Notes: generated by a model not told the origin, from the letters alone. A stretch of 64,000 bases of DNA from Candidatus Methanomethylophilaceae archaeon (GCA_017935945.1 JAGBGN010000014.1:1913-65912), one strand, 5' to 3'; positions 54,941 through 64,000 are shown, counted from the first letter of the stretch. Numbers and translations are program-made.

Positions 54941-55108
54941 GACCTCACGATATGCGGAGGTGTTAATTAATCCTTAGATGGAAACGCTCCGAAGTACTAT
55001 CATTTCATCGCGTATCGCCCTCGGAAACATACCTGCACCTTTGCCCCGTACATCCCGCATTTCGATAGTTATAAGTCGGAACCATCCACTTCCAACATCA
55101 GTGGTACT

Positions 55109-55381
55109 ATGGATCCGGAGACGTTCAAGGCATTATCTGACGGTAACCGCCTCAAGATAATCGAGATGCTCGCAGATGGTGAGATCTGTGCTTGCAAGAT
55201 CCTTGAAGCCCTGAACATCACACAACCAACACTCTCCCACCACATGAAGACCCTGCATCAATGCAATCTCGTGAATACCAGGAGAGTCGGTCAATGGGCA
55301 TACTACTCGATCAATGAAACCAAACTTTCTGAAATAATCGATTTTCTGACAGATATACGTGACAATCTTTCCAAGAATTAA
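55109..55381 (+). CDS. arsR: ArsR/SmtB family metalloregulator
   Basis: FKALSDGNRLKIIEMLADGEICACKILE...TQPTLSHHMKTL is a typical ArsR wHTH with a CxC site. Confidence 0.85.
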   Translation: MDPETFKALSDGNRLKIIEMLADGEICACKILEALNITQPTLSHHMKTLHQCNLVNTRRVGQWAYYSINETKLSEIIDFLTDIRDNLSKN

Positions 55382-55384
55382 GTG

Positions 55385-55427
55385 TATAGACAAATGTCTA
55401 TATAGACTGATGTAGATGTATATACAT
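55385..55427 (+). promoter_or_regulatory. arsM promoter with palindromic candidate ArsR operator overlapping the TATA box
   Basis: Perfect inverted repeat TATAGACA-aa-TGTCTATA (55385..55402), a third TATAGAC half-site (55401..55407), and the palindrome ATGTATATACAT (55416..55427) overlapping the arsM ATG. Confidence 0.45.
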
Positions 55428-56520
55428 GGATAAGCAGGGTCACCCACAATCAGATAACATCAGGAAGGATGTCCGCGCATACTACGGAACCGAATTGAGG
55501 ACCAATGACGACCTCAGGACTAACACATGCTGTTGCGGATCTCCCGATCCAATCGTTCGTGACATCCTGCCGTTGATCGATGATGAGATCCTGAACAGAT
55601 TCTACGGTTGCGGATCACCCATCCCCCCTCTTTTGGAGGGTCTGACGGTCCTGGACCTCGGTTGCGGCACAGGTCGTGATGTCTACATCGCATCCAGGCT
55701 CGTCGGTGAGACGGGACACGTCATCGGGGTGGACATGACCCCCGAGCAGCTGGAAGTGGCACGCAGACATATGGAGAGTCAGACGAGGAATTTCGGATAC
55801 TCCGAACCCAACGTTGAGTTCAAGCAGGGATACATCGAGGACCTCGGATCGTTGGGAATCGACGATGAGACTGTGGATATCGTCATCTCGAACTGCGTGA
55901 TCAACCTGTCTCCGGAGAAGGACAAGGTGTTCTCCGAGATATTCCGCGTGCTCAGGAAGGGTGGGGAGCTGTACTTCTCCGACATATTCGCCGATAGACG
56001 CGTATCGGACGAGGTGTATGCCGACCCAATCATACACGGCGAGTGCCTGGGTGGTGCCATGTACCTCGAGGATTACCGCAGACTCATGAGGGCCGTTGGA
56101 TTCGAGGATTTCAGGTACATGTCGAAGAAACCGGTCACCATAGATGACCCCGCGATAAGGGAACTGGTAGGGGACACCAAGTTCTACTCCTGCACGGTCA
56201 GGGCGTTCAAACTCGACGACCTGGAAGACATCTGCGAGAACTACGGTCAGTCGGTGACGTACAACGGGAACATACCGGACCATCCGGACCATTTCGACCT
56301 GGATGACGGACACAGGTTCATCACCGGGGTGGCGAAGGATGTTTGCGGGAACACATTCTCGATGGTAGCTGGAACCAGATTCGCCCCATACTTCACACTC
56401 ACGGGCGATAGAAGTACCCACCTCGGTAAATTCGAGGGATGTGATGACAAGACATCGGACGAGAGGTGCGAATGCGGTTCCATCAACAAGGTTAAGAACC
56501 CTTCCGTTCACGAAATATAA
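55426..56520 (+). CDS. arsM: arsenite S-adenosylmethionine methyltransferase
   Basis: N-terminal Cys motifs (TCCCGSP, YGCGSPIP) and the SAM motif VLDLGCGTGRD, typical of ArsM/AS3MT. Confidence 0.8.
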   Translation: MDKQGHPQSDNIRKDVRAYYGTELRTNDDLRTNTCCCGSPDPIVRDILPLIDDEILNRFYGCGSPIPPLLEGLTVLDLGCGTGRDVYIASRLVGETGHVIGVDMTPEQLEVARRHMESQTRNFGYSEPNVEFKQGYIEDLGSLGIDDETVDIVISNCVINLSPEKDKVFSEIFRVLRKGGELYFSDIFADRRVSDEVYADPIIHGECLGGAMYLEDYRRLMRAVGFEDFRYMSKKPVTIDDPAIRELVGDTKFYSCTVRAFKLDDLEDICENYGQSVTYNGNIPDHPDHFDLDDGHRFITGVAKDVCGNTFSMVAGTRFAPYFTLTGDRSTHLGKFEGCDDKTSDERCECGSINKVKNPSVHEI

Positions 56521-56543
56521 TAATAAGGTTCACATTAACCCCG

Positions 56544-57758
56544 ATGATGACTAACGACGATATGAGTGTGGAGATCTCCGAGCTCAAGGCTAAGATCGTA
56601 TCCCTTGAGGAACGCAATGTCAGGCTCATGGAGGATCTGCAGAACGCGGAATCCGAGAAACGCTACTCGGAAGGAGAGCTGTTCAGGTTGCAGAAGGACC
56701 TCTCCAGGCTCAGGAACGAGATGGAGAGACTCAAGAGCCCACCGCTTATCGTGGGATCGGTCAGGGATGTGCTTCCCAACAACCGCGTGGTGGTCAAGAG
56801 CTCCACAGGACCGGATTTCGTCGTTACGGTCTCAGAGTATGTGCCTGAGGGGGACATCCAGCCTGGTTGCAGGGTATCCCTTAACAAGCAGACGCTCTCT
56901 GTCATGGACGTCCTGCCCTCGCCCATAGACCCCGTCGTGTCTGGTGCCGAGATCCTGGACAAGCCCGATGTGACCTACGATGACATCGGAGGCCTCAAGG
57001 ACCAAATGAGGGAGCTGCGCGAGGCCGTGGAGGACCCGTTGCTCAGACCCGAGCTCTACGCGAAGGTTGGAGTCGTACCTCCGAAGGGAGTCCTGCTGGT
57101 CGGACCGCCTGGAACCGGTAAGACACTCATGGCGAAGGCGGTCGCCAATGCCACGGAGGCCACTTTCATCAGGCTCGTGGGTTCCGAGTTGGTTCAGAAG
57201 TACATCGGAGAAGGTGCAAGGCTCGTCCGCGAACTCTTCCAGCTCGCCAGGGAGAAGGCGCCCAGTATCATCTTCATCGATGAACTGGACTCCGTCGGTG
57301 CAAGGAGGCTGGATGTCGCCACATCCGGAGACAGGGAGGTCCAGAGGACCCTCATGCAGCTCCTGTCGGAACTTGACGGATTCACACCCACCAGCGACGT
57401 CAAGATCATCGGTGCAACGAACAGGCCCGACATCCTGGATGACGCACTTCTCAGACCCGGTAGATTCGACCGTATCATCGACGTCGGACTGCCCGATATC
57501 GAGGGAAGGGAGCAGATCTTCAACATCCATATAGCCTCCATGAACCTGGAGGATGGAATCAGCGCCAAGAAGCTGGCCGAGATGTGCGATGGAATGTCCG
57601 GTGCACAGATCAAGAACGTATGTACGGAAGCCGGAATGCTCGCAATCAGGGATGGTCGCGACGCCATATCAGAAAAGGACTTCGCCGATGCCAGGGACAA
57701 GGTCAAGGAGACCGCCAAGGGTAAGACCAACCCCGTCCCCGCCAACATGTTCGGCTGA
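56544..57758 (+). CDS. pan: proteasome-activating nucleotidase (AAA+ ATPase)
   Basis: N-terminal coiled coil, OB domain, Walker A GPPGTGKT, Walker B IIFIDELD and second region of homology. Confidence 0.9.
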   Translation: MMTNDDMSVEISELKAKIVSLEERNVRLMEDLQNAESEKRYSEGELFRLQKDLSRLRNEMERLKSPPLIVGSVRDVLPNNRVVVKSSTGPDFVVTVSEYVPEGDIQPGCRVSLNKQTLSVMDVLPSPIDPVVSGAEILDKPDVTYDDIGGLKDQMRELREAVEDPLLRPELYAKVGVVPPKGVLLVGPPGTGKTLMAKAVANATEATFIRLVGSELVQKYIGEGARLVRELFQLAREKAPSIIFIDELDSVGARRLDVATSGDREVQRTLMQLLSELDGFTPTSDVKIIGATNRPDILDDALLRPGRFDRIIDVGLPDIEGREQIFNIHIASMNLEDGISAKKLAEMCDGMSGAQIKNVCTEAGMLAIRDGRDAISEKDFADARDKVKETAKGKTNPVPANMFG

Positions 57759-57779
57759 CGGTCCGAAAGAAACCAATGA

Positions 57780-57820
57780 GGGGGTGTGCGAACGCACATC
57801 CCCCAGTTTTTGTTTTCTTC
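57780..57820 (+). terminator. hairpin plus T-rich tract after pan
   Basis: GGGGGTGTGCG-aa-CGCACATCCCCC (one bulge), followed by TTTTTGTTTTCTTC. Confidence 0.5.
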
Positions 57821-57843
57821 TCACCCCACTATGTCTGCAACCA

Positions 57844-58608
57844 TCATTCGCGGTTGCAATCCTCTCCACCGAAGAAGACGAGCTGGGATGATGCGTAGAT
57901 GTTCTCCATGCCCACGTAATCCTGGGCGGATACAGCACGTATGTCCCCGAACACACCTGTGTTCTCCATTGCCTTGAACAGCTCCATACCGACGACGGTC
58001 TGAGGTACCGAATCGGCATCCAGAAGGTCCCCGTACAGGACGTCCGGAACGGAGAACCAATCGATCATGCGCCCCTCATCCTCCTCCGAGAGGGTATCGC
58101 ACTTGGACAGCAGGTTGAGCATCGGGAGCTGCAACCTGAACTGGACCAGCGCTCCGAGGGTCATCGCGGAGATGAATCCGTTGGGCGTCCTGCACAACGA
58201 AGGATCGGAGAGGTAGACCAGCATGGAATCCGCCCTGCCGAACGCATTCACGGTGATATTGGACGACTCCCTGAAAGCGAACAGCTCCAACTGTCCTGGA
58301 GTGTCCACGAGAACGTAATCGGTCTTGTATGTGGAAAGGACCTCCATCATGCTGCGGATGTTTACCGCCATAAGATCCGCTGCGACTATCTGGGCACCGT
58401 TCGGTCCGAGCTGATACTCATCCATGACGTCCTCGAGGGACAACCATTCACGGATGTCGATATCGGGCTCGTAGGGCAGTGTGTCCGCCCCAGGATCCAT
58501 GTTCACAATTATCGCATCGACGCCGGAATCATCAAGCCACTGCTTGTATGCTCCGACAAGTGTGCTCTTCCCACTTCCTGCGGTTCCGACGAAAAACAGA
58601 TTCTTCAT
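57844..58608 (-). CDS. GPN-loop GTPase
   Basis: Walker A GTAGSGKST and the GPNGA motif. Start MKNLFFVG at 58608. Confidence 0.8.
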   Translation of the reverse strand: MKNLFFVGTAGSGKSTLVGAYKQWLDDSGVDAIIVNMDPGADTLPYEPDIDIREWLSLEDVMDEYQLGPNGAQIVAADLMAVNIRSMMEVLSTYKTDYVLVDTPGQLELFAFRESSNITVNAFGRADSMLVYLSDPSLCRTPNGFISAMTLGALVQFRLQLPMLNLLSKCDTLSEEDEGRMIDWFSVPDVLYGDLLDADSVPQTVVGMELFKAMENTGVFGDIRAVSAQDYVGMENIYASSQLVFFGGEDCNRE

Positions 58609-58676
58609 GTGGATCGCCTGTAACTTCTGAGCCAAGGTTCACAGAGTATATTAGACCGACGAAACTTCACGATGAT

Positions 58677-59255
58677 ATGAACGGGAAAATGTGTAATCCG
58701 AAGCTGGTGGGGTCCATCGGCATAATCGGGGCACTGTTCTTTTCAGCAGTATGGATAATCGGCGTGGGGGCCGATAGCAGCTGGACCTTGGGGGAGAACA
58801 CACTCTCGGACATGGGCATCTCCGATGTGGAACTCACCGCCAATGTGTTCAACTACGGTTGCATGGTGGCAGGAGTCCTATTCACATTGTTCGGAATCGG
58901 CAAATCCAGCATCGAATCCGGACACAACCGTACCAGCGGACTTCTCATGATACTCGCCGGGATATTCCTCGTGGGCATAGGCTACTTCCACAAGGGATGG
59001 GGCGATGGTACCGAGCACCTGATGTTCGCCTACCTCTTCTTCCTCGTCCTCTGCATCTCGGTCCTCTACTCCATGGCAGGGGACTGGGACGATGGATACA
59101 GGCTGACGCCCGCGATCACCGGGGTCATCACCGTCGTCTGTCTGGGATGTGTGTTCGGAACGACACTGGCTATGTTGGAGGCCATGGTGGTTGCCTGTGC
59201 CCTGTTGTGGATGCTGATTCAGGGTGTGAAAATCCTCCGCATAAGAAAGGATTAA
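58677..59255 (+). CDS. hypothetical multi-TM membrane protein (DUF998-like?)
   Basis: About 190 aa with 6 hydrophobic segments. ATG 58677 lies about 25 nt after AGTATATTAG. The 5' part of ORF 58479.. overlaps the GTPase gene. Confidence 0.5.
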   Translation: MNGKMCNPKLVGSIGIIGALFFSAVWIIGVGADSSWTLGENTLSDMGISDVELTANVFNYGCMVAGVLFTLFGIGKSSIESGHNRTSGLLMILAGIFLVGIGYFHKGWGDGTEHLMFAYLFFLVLCISVLYSMAGDWDDGYRLTPAITGVITVVCLGCVFGTTLAMLEAMVVACALLWMLIQGVKILRIRKD

Positions 59256-59292
59256 AAAGGTATGCTATGGTTACGAGGACTGGTGTAAAGGA

Positions 59293-59661
59293 ATGAGCGC
59301 AACTCCTTTCAAGATGAAAGCAGGCATGGCAGTCGCCATCATCGGTGCCATCTGGTCCTTCATCCTCATGTCTCAGGCATGGGATGGAAGTCTGGACTCC
59401 GTGTACGTTGTCGGACTTGCCATGTTCGTCTGTGTCATGTTCTTCGCAACAGCAGGCGCTTTCACCAAGTTCTGTCCCGTTAAGGGATCTACCGTTCTCG
59501 TCCTCTCCGTGGTCACTGCAGCAGTAGTGATCCTCGCTATGGTCTACGAGGCAATCCCCCTTATCGAGGGAATCATCCTCGTCATCCTCGCGATCATCTG
59601 CATCGTCTGTGGAGCATGCCCCGGCGTTGTCTCTTGGGTCGACGAGTGCAGGGACGCTTGA
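59293..59661 (+). CDS. hypothetical small membrane protein
   Basis: 122 aa with 4 hydrophobic segments. AAGGA lies before the ATG and a terminator follows. Confidence 0.45.
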   Translation: MSATPFKMKAGMAVAIIGAIWSFILMSQAWDGSLDSVYVVGLAMFVCVMFFATAGAFTKFCPVKGSTVLVLSVVTAAVVILAMVYEAIPLIEGIILVILAIICIVCGACPGVVSWVDECRDA

Positions 59662-59673
59662 ACGGTAAAACAA

Positions 59674-59700
59674 GGTCCGAAAGGACCGTTTTCTTATTTT
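59674..59700 (+). terminator. hairpin plus T-rich tract
   Basis: GGTCC-gaaa-GGACC, followed by GTTTTCTTATTTT. Confidence 0.5.
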
Positions 59701-59744
59701 ATCCAATTTCGCTACATATATATCGAATACTTCGATTCTCGGGC

Positions 59745-60401
59745 ATGGACGGAAAGTACTCCCATACCCTCCGGAAACTAGCACTCCTTGGAGCGATAGA
59801 TGACTATGTCACGGTCTCTTCCAGGGAGCTTGGAACTGTCCTGGAGATGAGTCAACAATCCGCATCCAAAAGGATCCTCGAGCTGATGGATGATAAGTAC
59901 ATCACCCGTGACTTGGGATCCCGCAGACAACGCATCAGGCTCACACAGAAGGGGATTGATGAATTGAAGAAGGAATACAGCGAATATCGCAGGATATTCG
60001 AAATCAACGACAGGATTACCCTGCACGGAGTCGTGGCATCGGGCCTTGGTGAGGGCGGATACTACATCTGCCAACCTGAATACAAGAAGCAGTTCGAGAG
60101 CAAGCTCGGTTTCACCCCCTTCGAGGGAACACTCAATGTTGTCATCGACAAGGAGGATGTGGGGAAGATCGACCTCATCCACGGTGCTCCTGGACACCAC
60201 ATAGCGGGATTCACTGCCAACGGCAGGACCTTCGGCAACGTGATCGCCTACAAGGCCAAGATCCGTAACATCGACTGCGCGATCGTCCTTCCGGAGAGAT
60301 CCCATTACACGGAGACCCTCGAGATCATATGCGCATACAACCTCAGGAAGACATTGATCCTCGATGACGGCGACCACGTCGACCTCAGGATAAACATGTG
60401 A
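59745..60401 (+). CDS. ribK: CTP-dependent riboflavin kinase (archaeal RibK) with N-terminal winged-helix domain
   Basis: C-terminal RibK block GFTPFEGTLNV..GAP...GNVIAYKA. N-terminal HTH (VSSRELGTVLEMSQQSASKRILEL). ATG 59745 lies inside ORF 59616... Confidence 0.8.
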   Translation: MDGKYSHTLRKLALLGAIDDYVTVSSRELGTVLEMSQQSASKRILELMDDKYITRDLGSRRQRIRLTQKGIDELKKEYSEYRRIFEINDRITLHGVVASGLGEGGYYICQPEYKKQFESKLGFTPFEGTLNVVIDKEDVGKIDLIHGAPGHHIAGFTANGRTFGNVIAYKAKIRNIDCAIVLPERSHYTETLEIICAYNLRKTLILDDGDHVDLRINM

Positions 60402-60419
60402 CGGGGGGATACCCCCGTC
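60400..60419. terminator. GC hairpin between convergent ribK and purQ
   Basis: GACGGGGG-gata-CCCCCGTC, an 8-bp stem that starts inside the ribK stop codon. Confidence 0.35.
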
Positions 60420-60432
60420 GTGAAAACTATTT

Positions 60433-61251
60433 TCAGAGTTTCTCAAGGTACTTCATGACGGACTGGAAAATGATCTTTCCATCTCCATCCTCGCTGTCGT
60501 AACCCCTGGTCCAATCCGGGTGGGTGAACCTGGTCATGACACGCTCGGGATGGGGCATCATACCCATGACGTTACCTGCAGGGTTGCAGATACCGGCGAT
60601 GTCCGAGGGGGAACCGTTGGGGTTCCAGGGATACTCGGCATCCGATCCATCGGGGCAGACGTACCTGAACACGACCTGGTCGTTATCCTCCAGTTTCTGA
60701 ACGAAATCGGGATCCATGCTCATGAGCTTGCCCTCTGCGTGGGCGGAGGGGATCATGAGGAGGCTCTTCTGGGGGACCTCGGAGGTGAAGACGCACTTGC
60801 CCCTGTTGTCGTTACGGAGGACAGTGGGCCTGCACTCGAACCTTCCGGAGTTGTTGTTGTACAGTGCAGCGGTGGGACTCTCGGACATGGTCTCCTCTAT
60901 TGCGGGAAGGAGTCCCATCTCGACGAGGATCTGGAAACCGTTACAGATACCGAGGACGGGCTTTCCGGCCTCGACGAACCTCTTGACATCGGAACCGATG
61001 GCGGATTTTATCCTGGCACCGAAGATGGCTCCTGCACGGACATAATCCCCTGCGGAGAATCCACCGGGGAATGCGAGCACATCGTAATCCTCCAGGGACC
61101 TCTGCATGCTTGCAGGGGCCTGACCTATGAGCTGCTTGAGATGGACCTTCTCGGCCTGTGCACCCACCATGGTGAATGCGTTAGCCATCTCGTCCTCACA
61201 GTTCGTTCCCTCGATCCTGATGACACATACCCTTACATCCTCTGCCTTCAT
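60433..61251 (-). CDS. purQ: phosphoribosylformylglycinamidine synthase I (glutaminase subunit)
   Basis: VCVIRIEGTNCEDE and the catalytic Cys block GICNGFQIL. The start overlaps the purL stop (ATGA). Confidence 0.9.
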   Translation of the reverse strand: MKAEDVRVCVIRIEGTNCEDEMANAFTMVGAQAEKVHLKQLIGQAPASMQRSLEDYDVLAFPGGFSAGDYVRAGAIFGARIKSAIGSDVKRFVEAGKPVLGICNGFQILVEMGLLPAIEETMSESPTAALYNNNSGRFECRPTVLRNDNRGKCVFTSEVPQKSLLMIPSAHAEGKLMSMDPDFVQKLEDNDQVVFRYVCPDGSDAEYPWNPNGSPSDIAGICNPAGNVMGMMPHPERVMTRFTHPDWTRGYDSEDGDGKIIFQSVMKYLEKL

Positions 61252-63578
61252 TCCGCAGCACCTCCCATGATGTTCCAGATGGGTTCGTTCCATGCCTTGA
61301 TCATGTCCTCCAACGGGACGACGGTTCCGTTGTCCTTGATCTTGAGGGCGTTGCCCTTGGTGATTCCGATGAGCTCGGCATCATCTCCCATGATCTCGGT
61401 GAACCTGGTGACATCCATTCCATCGACCTCGACGATCCAACGGCTGTTGGACTCGGAATAGAGCTTCCTCTGGACGGAGGAGCCCATCATCGCGGACAGG
61501 TCGATCTCCGCTCCACACTGACCGGATATGCACATCTCTGCCACTGCGACTGCGATTCCACCGTCGGAACAGTCGTGACAGCTGAGCACGATACCCTCGT
61601 CCATTGCGGACAGGAGCTTGTCCATGTATCTCTTGAGTGCATCGATGTCGACATCGGGCACGGCACCCTGCTCTCCACCGAACTTACGGAACAGGAGGGA
61701 TGCACCCATCTCGTCCTTGGTCTTTCCGACGACGAAGATGCAGCTTCCGGTCTTCTTGAAGTCGGCGGTCACCGCTTTCCTGACATCGTCCATGAGTCCG
61801 CATCCGAGGATCATGGGTGTGGGCAGGATGTGGTTTCCACCGGGGGCCTCGTTGTACAGACTGACGTTTCCTGAGGGGATGGGGATGTTGAGTGCTCTCG
61901 CGATCTCTCCGATTCCCCTGACGGCCTCCCTGAACTCGCCGAGCCTCTCGGGCTTCTCGGGGTTTCCGAAGTTGAGACAGTCGGTGAATGCGTGGGGCCT
62001 TGCACCGACAGCGACCAGGTTCCTGCAGGTCTCGTCAATGCATGACATTCCGCCCTTGTAGGGATCGGCTTCCGTGAACCAGGGGTTGCAACCGATAGCC
62101 GCCGCGAGTGCCTTCATCCTTCCGGGTACGGGGATGAGGACGGATGCGTCACCGGGTCCGGCTGCATTCATCTCTCCGACCATCGGGTGGATGGCTGTTC
62201 CGGCACGGACCTCGTGGTCGTACTGCCTGATTGCCCACTCCTTCGATGCGACGTTGAGGTCGGACAGGAGTGTGAGTATGACGTCCTTGTCCGAGGGAAG
62301 CTCGGGGAACTTCTCCTTCTCCTTGGTGGAGACCTCGGGAAGGGTGTAGGGCCTGTTGTAGACGGGACCTCCGGTGAGGAACTCCAGGTCCATGTCGAAG
62401 ATGAGCTCTCCGTCCCAGAACAGGCGGGTGCGCTTCAGGTCTGTGGTCTTCGCGACAGGTATGGCGAGGACGTCCCACATCTCGAAGATGTCCAGGACCT
62501 CCTGGACGTTCTCAGGCTTGCATGTGCACATCATGCGCTCCTGTGACTCGGACACCCATATCTCCCAGGGTGCGAGACCGGGCTCCTTGAGGGGGACCTT
62601 CTCCAGGTCCACATCGGCACCGCAGCCACAATCGAGGGCCATCTCTCCGACGACACAACTGAGTCCGCCTCCTCCCAGGTCCTTCATTCCGGTGATGAGG
62701 TGCCTTGCATTGACCTCGAAGCACGCATGCATGACAGGTTCCTTGGTGATGGGGTCACCGAGCTGGACCGCTCCCCTCGAATCCTCGTCGGACGTGGCTG
62801 TGAGGTCCGCGGATGCGAAGTTGACACCATGGATTCCATCGCGACCGGTACGACCGCCGATGAGGATCATCACCTCACCGGGTCCACCGGCGAAGTTGTT
62901 GGCAAGGTCCTCGCGTTTGACGATACCGAGACATGCCACGTTGACGAGGCAGTTTCCAGTGTATTTCTCGTCGAAGAAGAAACCGCCGGTTATGGTGGGT
63001 ATACCTACACGGTTACCGTAGTCCCTGATTCCGGAGACCACACCATTGACGAGGTATCTGGGGTGTTTAATTCCAGGCGGGAGGTCACCCTTGTGGTCGA
63101 TGGGTCCGAAACACAGGGGGTCGGCGAGACCTATGGGCTGTGCACCCATGCAGACGACATCCCTGAGGATTCCTCCGATTCCGGTGGCGGCGCCTCCGTA
63201 GGGTTCAATGGCGGAGGGGTGGTTGTGACTCTCGATACGGAGTGCGTATCCATAGTCATCGTCGAACACCATGACACCGGCGTCACCCTTGGACAGGACG
63301 TCGTCACGGTCGATTCCGAAGACGAACTCCTTGAGGATGGGTTTGGAGCTCTTGTAACAGCAGTGCTCACTCCATGCCTGTCCCAGGGACTGGAGCTCCA
63401 CGTCGGTGGGGTTCCTGCCCTCTTTCTTGAAGTAATCGCGGATGACCTTCATCTCGTCGAGCGAGAGGCTGAGGCTCATCTCCGCGGAGATCTGCCCCAA
63501 CTGCTCATCGGTAGCGGACAGGATGTCCACATCGTAGAGCGAGAAGGGGACGTCGCGCTTGATCATCAGATCGGCCAT
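61248..63578 (-). CDS. purL: phosphoribosylformylglycinamidine synthase II
   Basis: 776 aa with PurL blocks (SHNHPSAIEPYGGAATG, duplicated AIR-synthase-like domains). Confidence 0.9.
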   Translation of the reverse strand: MADLMIKRDVPFSLYDVDILSATDEQLGQISAEMSLSLSLDEMKVIRDYFKKEGRNPTDVELQSLGQAWSEHCCYKSSKPILKEFVFGIDRDDVLSKGDAGVMVFDDDYGYALRIESHNHPSAIEPYGGAATGIGGILRDVVCMGAQPIGLADPLCFGPIDHKGDLPPGIKHPRYLVNGVVSGIRDYGNRVGIPTITGGFFFDEKYTGNCLVNVACLGIVKREDLANNFAGGPGEVMILIGGRTGRDGIHGVNFASADLTATSDEDSRGAVQLGDPITKEPVMHACFEVNARHLITGMKDLGGGGLSCVVGEMALDCGCGADVDLEKVPLKEPGLAPWEIWVSESQERMMCTCKPENVQEVLDIFEMWDVLAIPVAKTTDLKRTRLFWDGELIFDMDLEFLTGGPVYNRPYTLPEVSTKEKEKFPELPSDKDVILTLLSDLNVASKEWAIRQYDHEVRAGTAIHPMVGEMNAAGPGDASVLIPVPGRMKALAAAIGCNPWFTEADPYKGGMSCIDETCRNLVAVGARPHAFTDCLNFGNPEKPERLGEFREAVRGIGEIARALNIPIPSGNVSLYNEAPGGNHILPTPMILGCGLMDDVRKAVTADFKKTGSCIFVVGKTKDEMGASLLFRKFGGEQGAVPDVDIDALKRYMDKLLSAMDEGIVLSCHDCSDGGIAVAVAEMCISGQCGAEIDLSAMMGSSVQRKLYSESNSRWIVEVDGMDVTRFTEIMGDDAELIGITKGNALKIKDNGTVVPLEDMIKAWNEPIWNIMGGAAE

Positions 63579-63582
63579 CGGA

Positions 63583-63822
63583 TCATCTCACAGTGACCGA
63601 GTAGTTCTGGATGACGGGGTTGGCGAGAAGCTTCCTGCACATCTCCTCCCCTGCAGCTACTGCCTTGTCCTCGGGCATGTCGAGCTCGACCACGAAGGTC
63701 TTGATTGCCTTGACCTCTCCGATTCCCTCGAAACCGAGTGCTTCCAAAGTCTTCTTAGTGTTCTTACCCTCAGGATCGGCCACGCCTTTCTTGAGTTCGA
63801 TCTTGATCTCGATTACAGCCAT
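63583..63822 (-). CDS. purS: phosphoribosylformylglycinamidine synthase subunit PurS
   Basis: MAVIEIKIELKKGVADPEGKNTKKTLEALGF... is typical PurS, about 79 aa. A TTATTATAATA box lies about 25 nt upstream of ATG 63822. Confidence 0.85.
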   Translation of the reverse strand: MAVIEIKIELKKGVADPEGKNTKKTLEALGFEGIGEVKAIKTFVVELDMPEDKAVAAGEEMCRKLLANPVIQNYSVTVR

Positions 63823-64000
63823 ATGTTTGAGCAACGCGCGCGTATTATAATAAGCCTTAGATTGGAGCGGAAGCGAGTTGCCAGAACATGACGGTGTCAT
63901 CGGACCCCCGTGGGAGGTCCGATGGATGTGTAAAGATGGCAGGCGGGTGCCTGCCGATGTTTATCATGGTTTCTTGTTCATCACGAAGTACATCACTCCG

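Noticed and set aside
54978-55160. 60-aa ORF in the mbf1/arsR intergenic region that overlaps the arsR start.
   Set aside because: It is Arg/Ser/Ile-rich with no coding bias and overlaps the arsR promoter and 5' end.
57761-57769. The motif GGTCCGAAA recurs in three intergenic regions (47233, 57761, 59674).
   Set aside because: It is only 9 nt and appears in inconsistent orientation relative to flanking genes. One copy is simply part of a terminator hairpin. The evidence is insufficient.
63833-64000. Possible small plus-strand RNA with two hairpins (63901..63921, 63938..63955) downstream of a CGCGCGCG-TATTATAATA element. Also the last 12 codons of a minus-strand gene (...GVMYFVMNKKP, stop at 63964..63966).
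   Set aside because: The TATA box is better explained as the purS promoter. The hairpin at 63938..63955 fits a terminator of the truncated minus-strand gene. That gene fragment is too short to name.
1-64000. Search by eye for CRISPR arrays, tRNA/rRNA genes, IS elements, integrases, toxin-antitoxin pairs or defence islands.
   Set aside because: I found no spaced direct repeats outside the acidic-protein gene, no tRNA-like T-loop/acceptor patterns in the few intergenic gaps, and no transposase- or integrase-like ORFs. The window appears to be core chromosome.

Overview
This is a compact archaeal chromosome segment with almost no intergenic space. I called about 68 complete CDS plus one partial CDS. 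I saw no rRNA, tRNA, CRISPR array or mobile element. Most genes sit on the minus strand in long strings with overlapping stop and start codons (ATGA/TGATG).

Gene content:
- Archaeal lipid genes: carS, two GGR paralogues, idsA, uppS and a B12-type radical SAM.
- An 11-subunit Fpo/Nuo-like complex (A-B-C-D-H-I-J1-J2-K-L-M-N) with no E/F/G or FpoF/FpoO input module.
- A type III RuBisCO AMP-salvage operon (e2b2-rbcL-deoA).
- Non-oxidative pentose-phosphate genes (split tkt, tal).
- Purine genes: purH, purP, purS, purL, purQ.
- Serine genes: serA plus a class V aminotransferase.
- Information-processing genes: PCNA, TFS, RpoK, uS2, RPA, XPD, Csl4, aCPSF2-like, PAN, MBF1, Nob1, Trm5, KptA.
- An arsR-arsM pair.

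The gene set, the folate enzymes (FolD, PurH) and the complete absence of TAG stops point to Thermoplasmatota, most likely Methanomassiliicoccales. This is inference, not proof.

The window is mostly core housekeeping, and I found no obvious defence island or mobile system. The items most worth a second look are:
- a subunit I of the complex that carries an extra 2x[4Fe-4S] domain;
- a paralogue of the TiaS kinase domain with an unknown N-terminal domain, next to kptA;
- a 747-aa protein combining a membrane domain, an acidic repeat region and a degenerate nuclease-like domain, with perfect internal DNA repeats;
- an RNase III domain-only gene divergent from a 501-aa orphan;
- a purH whose conserved N-terminus lies upstream of any ATG/GTG/TTG;
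- the lack of amber stop codons.
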